Positions 6,999 to 14,412 of a DNA stretch of 32,000 bases are shown in pieces; positions within the stretch are counted from its first letter, which is position 1, and the number at the start of each line of letters is the position of its first letter. The translations under genes were made by a program, and so were the position numbers. Below the pieces are notes generated by a model. The model was not told the DNA's origin, searched no databases, and saw only the letters and a list, made by a program, of their open reading frames with translations. The DNA lies in NCBI GenBank assembly GCA_030604855.1, contig JAUVVC010000002.1, forward strand, positions 30,001 through 62,000, given 5' to 3'. The DNA is from Erysipelotrichaceae bacterium (lineage in GTDB: Bacteria > Bacillota_I > Bacilli_A > Erysipelotrichales > Erysipelotrichaceae).

Positions 6999-7874
6999 TC
7001 ATTGCTGAGCTTGGTGACTGAGTTCGAAGGGATTGCCAGAGGGATCAAGCACGGTGAGTGTTTGATCTTTTCTTTGGTATGGGTATTGGTGATTGCTGAG
7101 CTTCTGCTCCACTTGATCGAGGAATGCGATCGAAGGAACGTGCAATCGAGCTAAGGCAAGACCAGGTGCATTGATTGGAGTTTGGGGGACATTGCGTCCA
7201 TTCCATAGGTTCAGGGCAATGTGATGATGATAAGCACCATAGGACATGAACAAGGCGGAATTCGGTAGATCGATGATGACATCCATACCTAAGAACTCCA
7301 TATAAAATTGCTTGGATTTTTCCAGTTCAGAGACGTGAAGATGAAGGTGACCGACAATCGTTTCTGCTTCCATTTGATCAAAGATCTCAGTGTCTGGATT
7401 ATTGGAGAGGACATCATCGATATCCATTGGCCCATTTTTGCCAAGGATATCGAGTTTACCATTGATCCATGGCCAGGTCTCATCTGGTGTATCCGCAGCG
7501 ATTTCAATACCGTTGCCATCCGGATCTGCAAGATAGATGGCTTCAGAGATGCCATGGTCACTTGCGCCTTGGACAGGAATTTTATTCTGAATAAAGTGCT
7601 GAACAAGTTTTGCCAGTGCTTTACGCGTTGGGACCAAAAGAGCCACATGATAAAGTCCCGCAAAACGTTGGGGTCGAGGACTTGCTTCATTGAGTTCAAT
7701 CAAGTCGATCAAGACTTGTCCTTTAGAGTTGCCAAGGCTTGCCTCCAATTTATTCTGTTGGATTATGCTTAAACCAAGGACTTTCGTATAAAAAGCCAAT
7801 GAACGATCCAGCTTCGTTACTTTGAGTTGTACAGATTTGATATGGGGGATTTCATTTGTGTGATAGTTTTTCAT
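6999..7874 (-). CDS. Two-domain VOC/glyoxalase-fold protein, CatE/YfiE-like extradiol-dioxygenase family
   Basis: The ATG at 7874 is preceded by aaaggaaag, and the ORF-track extension to 7991 would run into the ptb promoter. The motifs GLYHVALLVP, SDHGISEAIYLADPDGNGIEI, GHLHLHV and YHHHIALNLW resemble my recollection of Bacillus CatE. Confidence 0.8.
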   Translation of the reverse strand: MKNYHTNEIPHIKSVQLKVTKLDRSLAFYTKVLGLSIIQQNKLEASLGNSKGQVLIDLIELNEASPRPQRFAGLYHVALLVPTRKALAKLVQHFIQNKIPVQGASDHGISEAIYLADPDGNGIEIAADTPDETWPWINGKLDILGKNGPMDIDDVLSNNPDTEIFDQMEAETIVGHLHLHVSELEKSKQFYMEFLGMDVIIDLPNSALFMSYGAYHHHIALNLWNGRNVPQTPINAPGLALARLHVPSIAFLDQVEQKLSNHQYPYQRKDQTLTVLDPSGNPFELSHQAQQ

Positions 7875-7942
7875 GATACTTTCCTTTAGTAAGTAAAATA
7901 TAGCATGCTTATGCTTTCTGATAAAGGAATATGCCCAATGTC

Positions 7943-7972
7943 TTGTGCATGCGTCTTTGCCTTGTTTATAAT
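7943..7972 (+). promoter_or_regulatory. Candidate promoter for ptb-buk
   Basis: TTGTGC, 18-nt spacer, TATAAT. The -10 is 21 nt upstream of the ATG at 7993. Confidence 0.4.
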
Positions 7973-7992
7973 GGAGACAAAGGTGAACCATT

Positions 7993-8898
7993 ATGAAACT
8001 CGATCATTACTTGAAGTCAAAATTGACGATATCGAAAACTTTACGTGTTGCGGTCGCATGTGCGGAAGATGAGGCTGTATTGATGGCCTTATCCCAAGCT
8101 GCGGAAGAAGCTTGGATTGAAGCGCATCTGTATGGGGATAAAGAAAAGATCGAGATGATCTTAGATGCTTTGAAACTGAGTTTCAAACTTAAAATCTTTG
8201 ACTGTGCGAATCCTGAGGAAGCCTGTGCCAAGGCCGTACAAGCGGTTCATAAGGGGGAAGCTGAGCTTCTGATGAAAGGCTTGGTGGATACCAGTGTGTT
8301 TTTAAAAGCGGTGTTGAACAAGGACTGGGGCATCCGTAAAGCCCAAGTGTTATCGCATGTGACAGTGGCCTATGTGCCCAAACGGGATCGTATCTATCTT
8401 GTGTCTGATGCGGCGATGAACATTGCCCCGGATCTGATGACGAAGAAAGCAATCATTGATAATTGTGTTGAGGTTGCCCATGCCTTGGGTTTGTTGGATC
8501 CAAAAGTAGCGGTTTTATCGGCTGTTGAAAAGGTCAATCCAAGAATGCCATCCAGTGTCGATGCGGCGGAACTTTCTGCCATGACGAAACGAGGTGAGAT
8601 CCTTGGATGTCAGGTGGATGGTCCTTTTGCATTGGATAATGCGGTGGATGTGGAAGCAGCGCATCACAAAGGGGTCGTGCATCCCAATGCCGGTCATGCG
8701 GATGTATTGATTGTGCCAAACATCGAAGCTGGCAACATTCTTTTCAAAGCCATCACATTTCTTGCGTTTGGTGAGACGGCAGGTGTGGTTATGGGAGCGG
8801 ATGTGCCAATCATCTTGACTTCACGTGCAGATAAAGCAGAGGATAAGTATCATTCCATCTTACTCGCACATTTACTGAAAGGACAACACCATGGCTAG
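7993..8898 (+). CDS. ptb: Phosphate butyryltransferase (PTA_PTB family)
   Basis: 301 aa. The N-terminus LRVAVACAEDEAVL and the overall length are typical of Ptb. It overlaps buk by 8 nt. Confidence 0.9.
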   Translation: MKLDHYLKSKLTISKTLRVAVACAEDEAVLMALSQAAEEAWIEAHLYGDKEKIEMILDALKLSFKLKIFDCANPEEACAKAVQAVHKGEAELLMKGLVDTSVFLKAVLNKDWGIRKAQVLSHVTVAYVPKRDRIYLVSDAAMNIAPDLMTKKAIIDNCVEVAHALGLLDPKVAVLSAVEKVNPRMPSSVDAAELSAMTKRGEILGCQVDGPFALDNAVDVEAAHHKGVVHPNAGHADVLIVPNIEAGNILFKAITFLAFGETAGVVMGADVPIILTSRADKAEDKYHSILLAHLLKGQHHG

Positions 8899-9949
8899 AA
8901 GCATCATTCTGAATTTAGGTTCCACTTCTTCAAAAGGAGCAGTGTACGAAGATTTGAAGTGTTTGGATGAGTTTACCTTACGACACTCTGCGGAAGAATT
9001 GAAACCGTTCAAACGCATCATTGACCAAGTTGATTTCAGACAGGAACGGGTTGAAACGTGGTTGAATAAACATGCGTATCGCCTGGATGAAATGGATGTC
9101 TTCTGTGTACGGGGAGGCTTGGTCAAACCCTTACCCAGTGGCATCTATGAAGTCACCGACGAAATCGTAGAAGAGGTCATGGTGGATAAATATGGTGCGC
9201 ATTCCTCTAGCATCGGCATGGTCATTGGAAGGCGTTGGGCGATGACCTATTGTAAGCCTGCCATCTTTGCGAATGCTCCGATTACGGATGAGTTGCAGGA
9301 TGTGGCACGTTTCACAGGTTTGAAAGGCGTTTATCGCCGTTCTTTGTTTCATGCTTTGAATCAGAAGCAGATTGCTTTGGAGTATGCTCAATCCATAAAT
9401 AAAAACGTTCATGAGCTCAATCTCATCGTCTGTCACTTAGGGGGCGGTTTTTCAGTCGGTGCCCATCGTAAAGGTAAAGTGGTCGATGTGACCAATGCCT
9501 TGGATGGGGAAGGTCCGTTCTCACCGGAGCGAGCAGGGGCATTGAGTAATTTCATGGTTTTGGACTTGGTGGAACAGATTCAAGATATTCCAGCCATCAA
9601 GCGGATGTTGGGGGGGAAGTCAGGTTTGATTTCACACTTAGGTACCAACAGCATGATGGATGCCTTGAAGATGGCGGATACGGACGATTACGCCAAACAG
9701 GTCATCGATGCCATGATTTATCAGATCACAAAGGAAGTCGGTATGATGGCGGCGGTTTTAGAGGGAAAGGTCGATCAGATTCTGATCACCGGTGGGCTTG
9801 CCTATAATCAAGGCTTTGTGCAACGGATCATCGAAAAAGTGGATTGGATTCAAAGTGTAAGGGTATACCCAGGGGAAGATGAACTCTTTGCCTTAGCCAG
9901 TGCTGCGTATCGTTTCATCACGGGTGAAGAAGAACTGGGTTTTTACTAA
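8891..9949 (+). CDS. buk: Butyrate (branched-chain fatty acid) kinase
   Basis: 352 aa with ILNLGSTSSK, HLGGGFSVGAHRKGKVVDVTNALDGEGPFSPERAG and a C-terminal YPGEDE. Confidence 0.9.
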   Translation: MARSIILNLGSTSSKGAVYEDLKCLDEFTLRHSAEELKPFKRIIDQVDFRQERVETWLNKHAYRLDEMDVFCVRGGLVKPLPSGIYEVTDEIVEEVMVDKYGAHSSSIGMVIGRRWAMTYCKPAIFANAPITDELQDVARFTGLKGVYRRSLFHALNQKQIALEYAQSINKNVHELNLIVCHLGGGFSVGAHRKGKVVDVTNALDGEGPFSPERAGALSNFMVLDLVEQIQDIPAIKRMLGGKSGLISHLGTNSMMDALKMADTDDYAKQVIDAMIYQITKEVGMMAAVLEGKVDQILITGGLAYNQGFVQRIIEKVDWIQSVRVYPGEDELFALASAAYRFITGEEELGFY

Positions 9950-9986
9950 AATTTCACTTGAAAACGCTTTCAAAAATTGTGAGATT

Positions 9987-9995
9987 TGATATACT
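9987..9995 (+). promoter_or_regulatory. Possible extended -10 promoter (TGaTATACT) inside the buk-ldh spacer
   Basis: TG at 9987-9988 followed by tatact at 9990-9995. There is no good -35. Confidence 0.3.
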
Positions 9996-10124
9996 TTAAG
10001 TATCAGTAGAAAGGTCGTTGAATCGTTATGCTCATGATTGTCACACATCACAAGCAAAGCAATCTGTCTGACAGTCGTTTTTTAGGGTAACTAGAGGCGG
10101 CTTTTCTTTTGGAGGAAAAAAACA

Positions 10125-11207
10125 ATGAATAAATTTGATTACATGCAGAAGTATGGATATGAACAAGTCATTTACATGCATGACCGCTATTCTGGACTTA
10201 AAGGAATCATCTGCATTCACAACACGACCTTGGGACCTGCTTTAGGGGGTACCCGTGTGTGGGAATATGAGACTGAAGAAGATGCGGTATATGATGTCAT
10301 GCGCTTGGCACGTGGGATGACCAAGAAAGCTGCATGTGCGGGTTTGAACCTTGGGGGTGGAAAAGCCGTCATCATTGGGAACTCGAAACAATTACGTAAG
10401 GATACCGTTCGTCGTGAAGCATTCTGGAGAGCTTTTGGTCGCTATGTCGAGTCCTTGGGTGGACGTTATATCACCGCTGAGGATGTTGGGACGACACCGG
10501 ATGATATGAGTCTGGTTCGTATGGAGACAGATCATGTCTTAGGTTTACCGACCACTTCAGGCGATCCTTCTCCGTTTACGGCGTATGGTGTGTATAAGGG
10601 CATCAAGGCTTGTTTGAAAGAAACAATGGGTTCTTCCAAATTGGAAGGCGTTCGGATTGCGATTTCAGGTGTCGGTCATGTCGGAGCCGCGCTGTGTGAT
10701 CTGCTCCATGAAGAGGGTGCGATTTTGACCATCGCCGATATCGATGAAGAAAGCGTCAAACGTGTACAAGAAAAGACCGGTGCGACGATCGTATCGCCAC
10801 AAGCCATCTATGATGTGGATTGCGATGTCTTCTCGCCATGTGCTTTGGGTGCGGTCATCAATGATGATACCTTGGGACGTTTGAAAGCGAAGATCATTGC
10901 TGGGGCTGCGAACAATGTGTTGAGTGACAGTGCGATCCATGGGACGAAGCTTCATGAAATGGGTTTGATTTATGCGCCGGATTATGTCATCAATGCCGGT
11001 GGTTTGATCAATGTCTATCAAGAGAAAATCGGTTATAACAAGGAAGCATCGATGCGTGCCATCGATCAGATTTATGATCGCGTGCGTGAAATCATCGTTG
11101 AATCCAAGACGACGAACACACCAACGTATTTGGTCGCAGATTGCATGGCGGAACGTCGCATTGAAATGATGCGCAACATCAACTCGATCCACATTCCAAA
11201 TGAGTGA
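10125..11207 (+). CDS. bcd: Leucine (branched-chain amino acid) dehydrogenase, Glu/Leu/Phe/Val dehydrogenase family
   Basis: 360 aa with catalytic Lys motif LGGGKAVIIG, the NAD fold ISGVGHVGAAL, and the typical N-terminus YEQV....D..SGLKGII.IHNT.LGPALGG.R. The SD is ggagg. Confidence 0.9.
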   Translation: MNKFDYMQKYGYEQVIYMHDRYSGLKGIICIHNTTLGPALGGTRVWEYETEEDAVYDVMRLARGMTKKAACAGLNLGGGKAVIIGNSKQLRKDTVRREAFWRAFGRYVESLGGRYITAEDVGTTPDDMSLVRMETDHVLGLPTTSGDPSPFTAYGVYKGIKACLKETMGSSKLEGVRIAISGVGHVGAALCDLLHEEGAILTIADIDEESVKRVQEKTGATIVSPQAIYDVDCDVFSPCALGAVINDDTLGRLKAKIIAGAANNVLSDSAIHGTKLHEMGLIYAPDYVINAGGLINVYQEKIGYNKEASMRAIDQIYDRVREIIVESKTTNTPTYLVADCMAERRIEMMRNINSIHIPNE

Positions 11208-11853
11208 GGTTTTGATCATCAGTGGTGCCTACGGTGTCGGCAAGAGTGAGTTTGCCTGCCAATGGGCACTGCGCAATGCGCCTTGTGTCTTAGCGGACAT
11301 TGATGTGATCAATCCTTATTTCAGACCGCGCGAGTTGACGACTTGGTTTGAAGAAAAAGGGGTTAAGATCATTGGCTCATCCATCAAACATCACACCAAT
11401 CAGGATTTTCCTGCTTTGAGTGGTGATTTGGGACCTGCTCTGCATGGATCCTTGCCTCTGATCATCGATTGTGCCGGAAGTGCGCATGGTTTGCGACCTC
11501 TGGCGGGGTTTAAAGAGGATTTGAAGAATGCCAAGCTCTACTTGGTGGTGAATAAATTTCGCAGTGATGCTTGGGGGGATGCGGTGCTTGAGACAATGGA
11601 TACCTTCAGTCGTTTCCTTGGTATTCCACTTGCCGGCATCATCAATAATTCGCATCTCTTGGATGAGACGACAGAAGAAATAATACTCGAAGCACATCAA
11701 GAATGTCTGATGTTATGCAAGCAATGGAATGTGCCCTTGATTGCGACGATTCTGACCAAACGCTTTGTGGATCTTCAGGATAAGATCGGTAATGCGATCG
11801 TGTATGAAGAATTGGTGTTGCGTCAGACATGGATGATAAAGGAGACCTTATGA
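11200..11853 (+). CDS. Uncharacterised P-loop NTPase (MinD/ParA/CooC-like layout)
   Basis: 217 aa with Walker A GAYGVGKS, then LADIDVINPYF, then a Walker-B-like LIIDCAGS. It overlaps the leucine dehydrogenase stop by 8 nt, and its own stop overlaps the ferredoxin-subunit start (ATGA). Confidence 0.7.
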   Translation: MSEVLIISGAYGVGKSEFACQWALRNAPCVLADIDVINPYFRPRELTTWFEEKGVKIIGSSIKHHTNQDFPALSGDLGPALHGSLPLIIDCAGSAHGLRPLAGFKEDLKNAKLYLVVNKFRSDAWGDAVLETMDTFSRFLGIPLAGIINNSHLLDETTEEIILEAHQECLMLCKQWNVPLIATILTKRFVDLQDKIGNAIVYEELVLRQTWMIKETL

Positions 11854-12068
11854 GAGGTGAAGTTCTATTTAATACAGATCGCTGCAAAGGATGCAGCCTC
11901 TGTGTGCATGCGTGTCCCGTGCATATCTTGGCTTTGGATACGACACGAGTAAATGCGGTGGGGTATAACCCAGCGTATTGCTTTGATATGAGTAAATGCA
12001 TCGCATGTACGAATTGTGCGACGATGTGTCCGGATACCGTAATAACGGTCAAGAGGTTGGATATATGA
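11850..12068 (+). CDS. 2-oxoacid:ferredoxin oxidoreductase delta subunit (2x[4Fe-4S] ferredoxin)
   Basis: The ATG at 11850 follows aaggaga. It has two CxxCxxCxxxCP motifs, CKGCSLCVHACP and CIACTNCATMCP. Confidence 0.85.
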   Translation: MRGEVLFNTDRCKGCSLCVHACPVHILALDTTRVNAVGYNPAYCFDMSKCIACTNCATMCPDTVITVKRLDI

Positions 12069-13117
12069 GCAAAGTCTTGATGAAGGGCAATGAAGCCATT
12101 GCCCAAGCAGCGATTGCGGCAGGATGCAACGCCTTTTTTGGCTATCCCATCACACCGCAAAATGAATTGATTGAATATATGTCGAAGTACATGCCGGATA
12201 AAGGTGCCTTCGTTCAAGCAGAAAGTGAGTTGGCCGCAATCAATATGGTCTACGGCGCAGCTGCGGCAGGAGCGCGGGCAATGACCTCTTCGTCATCGCC
12301 TGGTTTGGCACTCAAACAAGAGGGCATTTCCTATTGTGCAGGGGCTGAACTACCTGCGGTCATCGTCAGTGTCAGTCGTGGAGGTCCAGGCTTGGGTGGC
12401 ATCCTACCTGCTCAAGGAGACTACAATCAAGCGACGCGTGGCGGTGGGAATGGGGACTATAAAGTCATCGTCTTGGCTCCGAATGGAGTCCAAGAAGCTA
12501 CGGAAATGGTGCGTAAGGCGTTCTATTTGGCGGATACCTATCGCAATCCAGTCATTGTCTTGGCGGATGGGGTCATCGGCCAGATGATGGAGCCGGTTGA
12601 AATCAATACCGAAGCTTTACCTTTGATCGCTAAACCCTGGGCGAGTGATGGCAATCTTTCCAGAGGACATCGCAATGTGGTGAATTCATTGTTTCTAAAT
12701 CCTGTTGAGTTGGAAAAACACAATCAGGATCTTAGGGCGAAATACGATTTGATCGAAGAAAAAGAAGTGGATTATGAACTCAGTCATGATGAAAATGCGG
12801 AAGTGATGTTTGTGGCCTATGGGACACCCTCACGTATCGTCAAGGCAGCGATTGAGAATCTAAAAGCGGAAGGCATCAATGCGTGCTTGTTCAGACCGAA
12901 GACCTTGTATCCTTTCCCATATGAAGCATTGAAAAAGGCTGCGCAAGGCAAGAAGTTTGTCCTGTGTGCTGAGCTCTCCATGGGTCAGATGATCCAAGAT
13001 GTACGTTTAAGTTTGGAAGGCAGTGTGCCGGCACACTTCTATGGTCGTGCCGGAGGTATGGTCTTTGAACCCAAAGAATTGGTCAATGCGGTTAAAGACC
13101 ATTTAGGAGGACGTTGA
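12065..13117 (+). CDS. 2-oxoacid:ferredoxin oxidoreductase alpha subunit (VOR/KOR/POR family; context suggests branched-chain 2-oxoacids)
   Basis: The ATG at 12065 forms an ATGA overlap with the delta subunit. The N-terminus is MKGNEAIAQAAIAAGCNAFFGYPITPQNE. 350 aa. Confidence 0.9.
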   Translation: MSKVLMKGNEAIAQAAIAAGCNAFFGYPITPQNELIEYMSKYMPDKGAFVQAESELAAINMVYGAAAAGARAMTSSSSPGLALKQEGISYCAGAELPAVIVSVSRGGPGLGGILPAQGDYNQATRGGGNGDYKVIVLAPNGVQEATEMVRKAFYLADTYRNPVIVLADGVIGQMMEPVEINTEALPLIAKPWASDGNLSRGHRNVVNSLFLNPVELEKHNQDLRAKYDLIEEKEVDYELSHDENAEVMFVAYGTPSRIVKAAIENLKAEGINACLFRPKTLYPFPYEALKKAAQGKKFVLCAELSMGQMIQDVRLSLEGSVPAHFYGRAGGMVFEPKELVNAVKDHLGGR

Positions 13118-13118
13118 G

Positions 13119-13859
13119 ATGACGGTCGTATTTAAGAAAACCAAAGGTTTGACGGATGCGCCATTCAGTTATTGTCCTGGATGTACCCATGGCATCATCC
13201 ACCGTTTGGTAGCAGAGTGTTTGGAAGAACTGGATCTGTTGGATCACAGTGTTGCGATCGCGTCGGTGGGCTGTTCGGTCATGAGTTATGAATATTTCAA
13301 CTGTGATGCGATTCAGGCCGCGCATGGTCGTGCACCTGCGGTGGCTACGGGGGTCAAACGTGTTCATCCCGAAAAAATCGTCTTCACCTATCAAGGGGAT
13401 GGGGATTTGGCTTCGATTGGAACCGCGGAGATCGTTCAAGCCGCGCATCGTGGTGAAAACATCACCGTCATCTTTGTGAATAATGCGATCTATGGTATGA
13501 CCGGAGGGCAGATGGCTCCGACGACTTTACCGAATCAAGTCACCACAACCTCACCACGGGGACGCGATGTGTCCAAGACGGGCGAACCGATCAAGATGTC
13601 CGAGCTGATGGCGACCATTCCAGGTGCAACATACATCGAACGTGTCATGACGGCGGATCCGCTGAGTGTCCGTAAAGCAAAGAGAGCCATTAAGAAAGCG
13701 TTCCAATATCAAAAAGAAAACAAGGGGTTCAGCATGATCGAAGTGTTGTCCTCCTGCAACATCGGTTGGGGCTTGAGTCCCAATGATGCCTTGCAATACA
13801 TTAAAAATGAAATGGCAAGCTATTTTCCTTTAGGTGTCTATAAGGATAAAGGAGTCTAG
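13119..13859 (+). CDS. 2-oxoacid:ferredoxin oxidoreductase beta subunit (TPP-binding)
   Basis: 246 aa with YCPGCTHG, the TPP motif GDGD....G, and NNAIYGMTGGQ. Confidence 0.9.
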   Translation: MTVVFKKTKGLTDAPFSYCPGCTHGIIHRLVAECLEELDLLDHSVAIASVGCSVMSYEYFNCDAIQAAHGRAPAVATGVKRVHPEKIVFTYQGDGDLASIGTAEIVQAAHRGENITVIFVNNAIYGMTGGQMAPTTLPNQVTTTSPRGRDVSKTGEPIKMSELMATIPGATYIERVMTADPLSVRKAKRAIKKAFQYQKENKGFSMIEVLSSCNIGWGLSPNDALQYIKNEMASYFPLGVYKDKGV

Positions 13860-13860
13860 G

Positions 13861-14403
13861 ATGAAAACAATCAAGTGTGTGTCTGCTGGTTTTGGCGGTC
13901 AAGGGGTCTTGACGGTTGGTCAGTTGATTGCGATTTTAGCGATGGATAAGGATCTAGCGGTGAGTTGGATGCCCTCCTATGGTCCTGAAATGCGTGGGGG
14001 GACAGCGAATTGCCATGTGGTGATCGATGCGAAAGAAGTGAGTTCTCCCTTGATTGCGGAAGGCATCACCCATCTGCTTGCGATGAACCAACCAGCCTTG
14101 GATAAGTTTCTACCCCGTTGTGCGGAAGATGTGGTCATCGTGACCAATGCCTCTTTAGTAAAGAATGTACCGAGTGATTTCAAAGGTTCGTTGATTCCCA
14201 TCGATTTCAATCAAATTGCGCAGGACTTGAATGAACTCAAGGTTGCGAATATGGCGGCTTTTGGAGCCTTACTGAGGACCATGCCGATGTTTAGTCGTGA
14301 AGACGGTATTGAAGCCATCATTAAAAAACTCGGTAAGAAGAATGAATCACTTACCGAGCTGAACATCAAAGCATTTGAGATGGGTTACGCAAAAGAAGCT
14401 TAG
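13861..14403 (+). CDS. 2-oxoacid:ferredoxin oxidoreductase gamma subunit
   Basis: The ATG at 13861 follows aaaggag. It has SAGFGGQGVLT and PSYGPEMRGG. 180 aa. Confidence 0.9.
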   Translation: MKTIKCVSAGFGGQGVLTVGQLIAILAMDKDLAVSWMPSYGPEMRGGTANCHVVIDAKEVSSPLIAEGITHLLAMNQPALDKFLPRCAEDVVIVTNASLVKNVPSDFKGSLIPIDFNQIAQDLNELKVANMAAFGALLRTMPMFSREDGIEAIIKKLGKKNESLTELNIKAFEMGYAKEA

Positions 14404-14412
14404 GCTTCTTTT
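14391..14412. terminator. Hairpin terminator whose 4-nt loop (TTAG) consists of the two overlapping convergent stop codons
   Basis: Perfect 9-bp arms aaaagaagc/gcttctttt. The + strand then reads gttttatt. The arms encode the last codons of both genes. Confidence 0.7.

Noticed and set aside
6951-7154. 67-aa + strand ORF after the reductase
   Set aside because: It begins inside the bidirectional terminator and overlaps the 3' end of the VOC gene in antisense.
7875-7991. N-terminal 39-codon extension of the VOC gene in the ORF track
   Set aside because: The ATG at 7874 has a good SD (aaaggaaag), and the homologous domain starts there. The extension would occupy the ptb promoter and ends 1 nt from the ptb start.
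9965-9979. CodY-box-like sequence (ctttcaaaaatt) in the buk-ldh spacer
   Set aside because: It has about 6 mismatches to AATTTTCWGAAAATT when aligned on the central C, which is too weak to call.
10665-11219. 184-aa ORF antisense to leucine dehydrogenase
   Set aside because: It is a shadow ORF of a confidently identified gene and has no independent motifs.
11996-12064. Upstream extensions of the oxidoreductase alpha (11996), gamma (13834) and cstA (24342) ORFs
   Set aside because: In each case an internal ATG with a proper SD or an ATGA coupling to the previous stop gives the conserved family N-terminus. The extensions overlap upstream genes or terminators.
11642-12217. 191-aa ORF antisense to the P-loop, delta and alpha subunit genes
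   Set aside because: It spans three tightly coupled + strand genes. It has no recognisable domain or SD, so it is a shadow frame.
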